DNA of 64,000 nucleotides from Escherichia coli (GTDB lineage: Bacteria; Pseudomonadota; Gammaproteobacteria; Enterobacterales; Enterobacteriaceae). A program made the position numbers and the translations under genes. Shown here piece after piece: positions 56,567-64,000 of this stretch. Where the stretch lies: the NCBI RefSeq assembly GCF_048403405.1, contig NZ_CP183129.1; one strand, 5' to 3'. Under the pieces are notes generated by a model. That model searched no databases. It had not been told where the DNA came from and saw nothing but the letters and a program-made list of their open reading frames with translations. Numbering within the stretch: position 1 is the stretch's first letter; every line of letters begins with the position of its first letter.

Positions 56567-56795
56567 CTTTTTGTCCTTGTAACATAATTCCGTTCAACCA
56601 CCGCCGACCGGTCAGCTTGGTTTCAATAACAGGCAATCTAAAACCTTAAGAGAACAACATCAACACAAAAGTTGGAATATTTTTCCAAAACTAGATTTAG
56701 TCCACAAATTGAACAGGGTTATCATGTAAAAATACTGATAAATCAGAGGATAAGAAAATCACGCAACTTGCGGATTTAAAAGGGGATACCTGAAG

Positions 56796-57722
56796 ATGTT
56801 CGATCCAGAAACCTTGCGGACTTTCATTGCGGTTGCTGAAACAGGAAGTTTTTCAAAAGCGGCAGAACGATTATGTAAAACCACGGCGACAATCAGTTAT
56901 CGCATTAAACTTCTGGAAGAGAATACCGGAGTAGCGCTGTTTTTCCGCACGACTCGCAGCGTGACATTGACAGCGGCTGGCGAGCATCTACTTTCCCAGG
57001 CCAGAGACTGGCTGAGCTGGCTGGAAAGTATGCCCAGCGAGCTGCAACAGGTGAATGATGGCGTGGAACGCCAGGTGAATATTGTCATCAACAACCTGCT
57101 CTACAACCCCCAGGCCGTCGCCCAGTTGCTGGCGTGGCTGAATGAACGTTACCCCTTTACCCAGTTTCACATCTCCCGACAAATCTATATGGGCGTCTGG
57201 GATTCGCTATTATACGAAGGTTTTTCACTGGCTATCGGCGTCACGGGAACCGAGGCGCTGGCAAATACCTTTAGTCTTGATCCCTTAGGATCGGTGCAAT
57301 GGCGCTTTGTCATGGCGGCGGATCATCCGCTGGCGAACGTTGAAGAGCCGCTAACAGAAGCGCAGTTGCGGCGCTTTCCGGCGGTCAATATTGAAGACAG
57401 CGCCCGCACACTAACCAAACGCGTCGCCTGGCGATTGCCGGGGCAAAAAGAGATTATTGTTCCCGATATGGAAACGAAAATCGCCGCCCATCTGGCGGGC
57501 GTTGGCATTGGTTTTTTGCCAAAATCACTTTGCCAGTCAATGATCGATAATCAACAACTGGTCAGCCGGGTAATCCCAACGATGCGCCCTCCTTCGCCAT
57601 TGAGTCTGGCATGGCGCAAATTTGGCAGCGGCAAAGCGGTAGAAGATATTGTGACCTTGTTTACCCAGCGCAGGCCAGAAATCAGCGGATTTTTAGAAAT
57701 TTTCGGCAACCCACGCAGTTAA
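56796..57722 (+). CDS. allS: LysR-family activator of allD
   Basis: 308-aa ORF with N-terminal LysR HTH. Confidence 0.9.
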
Positions 57723-57775
57723 AAATCAAGTTTCCTTGCGCGTTGGCGCGTAAAATAGCGCGCAAGCTGATTTGA

Positions 57776-58885
<1,110 letters not shown>

Positions 58886-58964
58886 TGAGGGACGTATTTG
58901 TATTAGTCGCGACTTGATCTGACACATGGCCTTGAAAGGTTGAGAGTTACCGGTTTTGATATGA

Positions 58965-59372
58965 GTGTCGAATCCTTATCCAAAACAAGAGGTAACTCTC
59001 ATGCTTCATACTGCCAATCCCGTCATCAAACACAAAGCCGGTTTGCTCAATCTGGCTGAAGAACTCAGCAACGTATCAAAAGCCTGTAAAATCATGGGCG
59101 TTTCGCGTGAAACGTTTTATCGTTACCGCGAACTGGCCGCTGAAGGCGGTGTGGATGCGCAGATTAATCGTAGTCGCCGCGCTCCTAACCTTAAGAACCG
59201 TACCGATGAGGCAACTGAACAGGCTGTTGTTGATTACACCGTCGCTTTCCCGACACATGGTCAGCACCGGGCCAGCAACGAGCTGCGTAAACAGGGGGTT
59301 TTTATCTCCGACAGTGGTGTCCGTTCTGTCTGGTTACTCCATAACCTTGAGAATCTCAAAAGACGATACTGA
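58965..59372 (+). pseudogene. Transposase N-terminal HTH fragment (ybbD-like remnant)
   Basis: 135-aa ORF containing ...KIMGVSRETFYRYRELAAEGG..., typical transposase HTH; no catalytic domain follows. Confidence 0.5.
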
Positions 59373-59886
59373 ACAAATTTTATCAGGTGACGTTCCGTAA
59401 AAAGTTGTATGGAGTTCTCGATGCAGTCGGCGCGACTATCAGTACCCCCGCTGAACCCTGGACTATCGGGCCGCCGTACTGGGGCATGTCACCCTGGCGT
59501 GCCGCTGGTTTTCCGCTAATGGTTTATTTCCTCTTTCTTTCCCGGCGAGAATTTATTTTAATCCGGAAGGATTATTTATTTTCAGATAGGGACTCACATT
59601 AAACACGAAACATTTTAATTAATGCATGGCTGAATATGTATTACACAATGTCAGATATCGTAAAAGACCAGTGCAATTCTATGTAAACTCTCTGACTGTT
59701 CATTTTATTTGTTGTTTCAGGGTCGGAACTCACCCTCAATAAACAACTGAATACGAGTAGATATTCATCGTCTGAGCTATATGGCTTTACACAATAGCCG
59801 ACATGTCTTTTCTCAGTCAGGGATTTTACTTTTCCTCACTACGAAGTTGACGACTTCGATATGGGATAGACTCTTAATTCAAGCAA

Positions 59887-60378
59887 TTACTCTGCACAAG
59901 CATCAGGCAATCCAGCTCCAATATTTGTTATAAAATAATGCGCAACATTAATTTCACCAACAAAAAAAAGGTTTACGCTATCCCCTTGCCCTGGTATTTT
60001 ACCATATTTACACCACACTTCTTTTGTATCTGGATCATTCTCTGATACGATTTTCGCCACTTGTTCCCTGGCCCTCACCGTCAATGTTTTCTTAAACCTC
60101 CCCCCATCATCGATTGTTAGGGAAAAATAAGAAAAAAAATAATCATCTTCTACATTTGTGGATATTGATATATCCACCGCTACATGCGGAAAAAAATCTG
60201 GGAGCCATGTAAAAACCCCATCACTTTCTGGTATTGCCATATAGTTTATGTAATGCTTACTTACAAGAGATTCATCTTTGTGTAAATAAAGATAAGTAGT
60301 CACGCATAAAAAAACAACGATTATAATAGCAAAAATAAATATTACCATCTTTGAGATGTTACTTGAGATAGCCAGCAT
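59887..60378 (-). CDS. Small membrane protein immediately downstream of Rhs toxin tip; candidate cognate immunity protein
   Basis: 163-aa ORF (alternative start MVIFIF...) with N-terminal TM helix; AT-rich; overlaps rhs stop; does not match my recollection of K-12 YbbC. Confidence 0.5.
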   Translation of the reverse strand: MLAISSNISKMVIFIFAIIIVVFLCVTTYLYLHKDESLVSKHYINYMAIPESDGVFTWLPDFFPHVAVDISISTNVEDDYFFSYFSLTIDDGGRFKKTLTVRAREQVAKIVSENDPDTKEVWCKYGKIPGQGDSVNLFFVGEINVAHYFITNIGAGLPDACAE

Positions 60379-63300
60379 CTTGTAAAGCCTTTATCGTTTT
60401 TTTATGCTCTGGATTAATATAATTAATACATCTATTTGAGCAATCTTGTGTTAATGGACATGTCAACCCATGTTCATTTACAGCCAAGTCTTTTTTATTA
60501 TCTTCAATCATCTCAGAATGGGATAACTTTACTTTTCTGCCGTACATACCGAACATATTTAACCCGTAATCTCTAATCTCTTTTTCATAACCCAGCCCTT
60601 TCGCTGATCGGCTAACACCAGCGTCATTTAATTTAGACACTCGACAAAATGCCATACAATGGAAAAATTGATCAGTCCCACCTAAATTTAATCTCTTCAT
60701 ATCATCATAAGTATCAGATAATATATCCCATGCTCTTTGATGGTTTAGTTGTTCTTTTTTTCGCATTAACGCTACATCTGCAGGACTTAACCCTAATGGA
60801 TCAATACCATTCACCGGATTCAGCGGATACGCATACAGACTCCATCCCCCCGCCAGCCCAATCGGGTCCTGAGTAATATATCGTCCCAGCAACGGATTGT
60901 AGTACCGGTTCCGGTTATAATACAGCCCTGACTCCTCATCGTGTTGCTGCCCTGGCAGACGGTACGGCTGGTGCAGGTGATGCGGGTTTTCCTCATTCAG
61001 CAGGTTTCCCCACTCATCATACTCCCCGCTCCACGCCGTATTGCCGTCTTCGCTGATGAGCGCCAGCGGCAGCCCCCGGTGGTCACAGTGATAAAGATGA
61101 ATTTTTCGCTCAGGTAAATAAACCGGCTCTATCTGTGTCGCCAGCCGCTCCACCGTCAGCCCGCACTGTGCCAGCCACTGGCGGCTTTCACTGCTCACGC
61201 GGTCTGCCCGGATTTCCCCCTCCAGCCTGTCCAGCAGCCGCACCAGTTCAGCCGGGAACACCACGCCGTGTCCGTCCTCGCTCCCTTCCTGCTGGAGCTT
61301 CTCCGCCAGGCTCCGCCGCTGCGTTTTCTCCCGCTCGCCGTTGTCTGTTTCGATGCGGATGAGCGGTGTGAAGCTTCCCGGCTCGTATACCGTCTGGATA
61401 CGTGTGCTGTCGGTCTGCACCGTCGTCAGGTGGTCGCCGTCCCAGCCGTACCACGTCACCTCCGGTTTACGCGACAGCGACATCCACCCCGTCAGGTCAC
61501 GCTCCCGCCGCCATACCCGTTTCGCCATTCGCCGTCCCAGCGGGTCGTAGAGGTAGCGGCTCTCGACCAGTGGCTCGCCATGCTGTATCCGCGTGTAGAA
61601 CTCCAGGCGGTGCTGGCTGTCGTAGTGGTAGTGGTGGGTCCGCTCGTCGTCCGTCCGTATCACACCCGCCGGGATGCGGTCCGTCTTCTCCGTCAGCCTG
61701 CCGTATTCATCGTGGCGGTAGACATAGTGCGCATCCTCCGCGATGCGGTTATCCGGCCACGCCGTGAGTGTACTGTCCGGGTGCAGCTCCGGGTCCTGCA
61801 GCCGGTTGCCCGCCGGGTCCGTGGCATACGGGATGCGGATGTCCAGGTCCGGTGCGAGGGTGCGTACACTCGCCAGCCTGCCCGTGGCACTGTAGCCGTA
61901 TTCCCGCGTCTGTCGCGGGCCGCTGATGCGCACAAGGTCGCCGTTGTCATTCCACCCGTAGTCACGGTCATACACCAGGCTGTTCAGGTGCTGGCTCTGT
62001 AACTGGCCTGCAGGGGTGTATGTGCTGGTCAGTTCGTATGCGGCATTACTGCCTGCCATGCTGCCAAAGCTGCGCACCGTTTCTCTGTGCAGGCGGTCGC
62101 GCGCGTACTCCAGCAGCGGCGTGTCGCCCAGCTTCATGCCCGCCAGATAACCGCTACCGTAGGTCAGCCACTCCACCGGCGGCAGGCTGTCCGGCGTGAC
62201 GCGGTTTGCCAGCCCCTGTTCGTTGTATGCCTGTTTCGTCTCATGCTGCCACAGCAGTTCCCCCGTCTCCGGGTTCTCCACCGTCTGGCGCTCCCCGGTC
62301 AGACGGCCCTTATCGTCATAGCCATAGTGGACGGCAACACGGTGGCCTTCGCTCAGGTGGCTGATTTCTCTCAGCCAGCCGTGGCCATCATACCGCCACT
62401 GTTCTGCCGGTTCGCCGTTCACCGTGCGGTGAGTGATACGGTCCGATTCGTCGTAGTGCCAGAGGGTGACAAGCCCCTCATCTTCACTCTGCGTGAGTTT
62501 TCCGGTCAGGTCATAGTGGTAACGTTGCGTCCGCCCGTCAAAGCCGCGCTGCTGTACCAGCCGGTCCAGCGCATCGTAGCTGAAGTCGCTGTGACTGCCG
62601 TTCTCGTTGGTCAGGCTGATGACACGTCCTGCCGCGTCATACTCCATACTGCGCGTCAGCCCGCCCTGTGTGGTGCTGACCGCCTTTCCCCACGCATCGT
62701 ACTGTGTCTCGCTCCGGTTGCCGTCCGGGGTGATAACGGCAGTCAGGTCGCCTGCGGCGTTGTATTCATACCGCGTTTCACGGCCCTGTGCGTCTTTCAC
62801 CGAGGTTAACCGGCCACGGTTGTCATAGCGGCGGTAACGGCTGATACCTTCCTCGCGGTGAACCGCCGTCATCTGGCCGAAGCGGTCGTATTCATAACGG
62901 GTCTGGTAGCCCGAGCAGTCAGTGAACGCCAGCAACTGCCCGTAGCGGCTCCACGTCATCTGCCGGGTGCTGCCCGTCGCATCCGTTGTCGTCGCCGGTA
63001 ACTCACTGTGCGCGTCATCGTAGCGGTAGCGTACTGTCTCCCCGCTGCGCGATGTCTCCGATACCAGCCTGTCCCGCTCATCATACGCCCGGCGGCTCTC
63101 CAGCCCGTCCGGGTACACCACCGCCGTCAGCCGGTTCCCGTCGTTATAGTAAAATTTCGTCTCCCGCCCGTCCGGCGTGGTGATGTCCGTGATGTCGCCT
63201 GACACCACATTCAGACCGTACTCTGTCCGCCGTCCCGCCGCGTCCGTCTGCGCCGTGAGCCTTCCTGCCGCGTCATACCCGCTGTGCGTGACGCTGCCGT

Positions 63301-64000
63301 CCGCCAGTTCTTTTTTCACCACCCGCTTCAGCCCGGCCCCGCCTTCTGTATGCAGCACCTCTCGCCGGTTCAGGCTGTCGGTGACGGTGATGCGGTCCTG
63401 CTCATACTGGTAGCGGTAACTCAGGCCTGCCGGGTTCAGCTGCTCCACCACCCGCCCCGCATCGTCGTAGCGGTAGCGCATCTCCGGCCTTCCCGCATAA
63501 CGGTGCCCCACCATCCGGCCCGGGTGCTGCGGGTCATACGTGAAAGCGCGCACCTGTGTCCCGCTGCGGTCATATACCGCCAGCAGTTCACCGGCTTCCG
63601 TATACGTGTACCGCACCAGTGGCGCACCGGGCAGATTCTCCGGGTATGCCGGGTCGTGCATCAGCCACACCGCCGAAAGGCGGATACCCCTGTCGGGGCC
63701 GTATTCCGTACCGGGCAGTGTGTCGGGGAACGCTGAGGCTGAGAGAGGGCGGGAACGGTCAGAAGAAGATAGCGAAGAGGTGCGGGCCTCTTCCGCACGC
63801 TGCGCCTGTGTGGTCAGCACCAGACGGAACTCCCGCCCGGCACCGTCCGTCACGCCGGTGATTTCCCCGGCCAGGTCACCGGCGGCCTCACGCCGGTACG
63901 TCAGCGTCTGCCCGAAGCGGTCCGCCAGCCCGGTAAGCACCCGGTACGGCGGCAGCGGCGCTGGCAGTACGTCCTCAGTGCCCGGCACCCGCTCTGACCA
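60359..64000 (-). CDS. Rhs family protein (RhsD locus position), partial, with variable C-terminal toxin domain
   Basis: YD-repeat-rich ORF running off the window; core ends ...DPIGLAGG...[11 protein letters not shown], followed by ~140-aa low-GC C-terminal extension. Confidence 0.85.
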   Translation of the reverse strand, partial: WSERVPGTEDVLPAPLPPYRVLTGLADRFGQTLTYRREAAGDLAGEITGVTDGAGREFRLVLTTQAQRAEEARTSSLSSSDRSRPLSASAFPDTLPGTEYGPDRGIRLSAVWLMHDPAYPENLPGAPLVRYTYTEAGELLAVYDRSGTQVRAFTYDPQHPGRMVGHRYAGRPEMRYRYDDAGRVVEQLNPAGLSYRYQYEQDRITVTDSLNRREVLHTEGGAGLKRVVKKELADGSVTHSGYDAAGRLTAQTDAAGRRTEYGLNVVSGDITDITTPDGRETKFYYNDGNRLTAVVYPDGLESRRAYDERDRLVSETSRSGETVRYRYDDAHSELPATTTDATGSTRQMTWSRYGQLLAFTDCSGYQTRYEYDRFGQMTAVHREEGISRYRRYDNRGRLTSVKDAQGRETRYEYNAAGDLTAVITPDGNRSETQYDAWGKAVSTTQGGLTRSMEYDAAGRVISLTNENGSHSDFSYDALDRLVQQRGFDGRTQRYHYDLTGKLTQSEDEGLVTLWHYDESDRITHRTVNGEPAEQWRYDGHGWLREISHLSEGHRVAVHYGYDDKGRLTGERQTVENPETGELLWQHETKQAYNEQGLANRVTPDSLPPVEWLTYGSGYLAGMKLGDTPLLEYARDRLHRETVRSFGSMAGSNAAYELTSTYTPAGQLQSQHLNSLVYDRDYGWNDNGDLVRISGPRQTREYGYSATGRLASVRTLAPDLDIRIPYATDPAGNRLQDPELHPDSTLTAWPDNRIAEDAHYVYRHDEYGRLTEKTDRIPAGVIRTDDERTHHYHYDSQHRLEFYTRIQHGEPLVESRYLYDPLGRRMAKRVWRRERDLTGWMSLSRKPEVTWYGWDGDHLTTVQTDSTRIQTVYEPGSFTPLIRIETDNGEREKTQRRSLAEKLQQEGSEDGHGVVFPAELVRLLDRLEGEIRADRVSSESRQWLAQCGLTVERLATQIEPVYLPERKIHLYHCDHRGLPLALISEDGNTAWSGEYDEWGNLLNEENPHHLHQPYRLPGQQHDEESGLYYNRNRYYNPLLGRYITQDPIGLAGGWSLYAYPLNPVNGIDPLGLSPADVALMRKKEQLNHQRAWDILSDTYDDMKRLNLGGTDQFFHCMAFCRVSKLNDAGVSRSAKGLGYEKEIRDYGLNMFGMYGRKVKLSHSEMIEDNKKDLAVNEHGLTCPLTQDCSNRCINYINPEHKKTIKALQDAGYLK

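Noticed and set aside
61135-63861. Multiple + strand ORFs (up to 244 aa) opposite the rhs gene
   Set aside because: Pro/Arg/Ala-rich translations of the antisense strand of the GC-rich YD-repeat core; the continuous minus-strand Rhs frame explains the region.

Overview
This window is an Escherichia coli chromosomal segment, collinear in reverse-complement orientation with the K-12 map: nfsB (3' end), ybdG, pheP, cusCFBA, nfrB-nfrA, ybcH, envY, argU, fimZ and the sfm fimbrial operon, folD, ybcJ, ybcI, cysS, ppiB, lpxH, purEK, ybcF-ylbF-ylbE-fdrA, the allantoin/glyoxylate cluster (allDCE, glxK, ybbY, allB, ybbW, glxR, hyi, gcl, allR, allA, allS), selU, and the 3' end of an Rhs element. Gene identities come from my recall of K-12 proteins, not from a database search. 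The backbone is interrupted at 9171-17509 by two directly oriented IS26 copies bracketing about 6.7 kb of foreign DNA. That segment carries a 1069-aa reverse transcriptase fused to a C-terminal nitrilase domain (DRT type 1-like defence RT), a GC-rich repeat-rich non-coding region, an unknown gene truncated at its 3' end, a divergently transcribed AbiEi/AbiEii pair and an IS150 fragment. The insertion has removed cusR, cusS, the cusC promoter and start codon, and about 70 N-terminal codons of nfrB. Elsewhere, argU abuts envY with no DLP12 prophage or ompT, and the Rhs element ends in a low-GC toxin tip followed by a small membrane-protein gene that is a candidate immunity gene. No CRISPR array or rRNA was seen.
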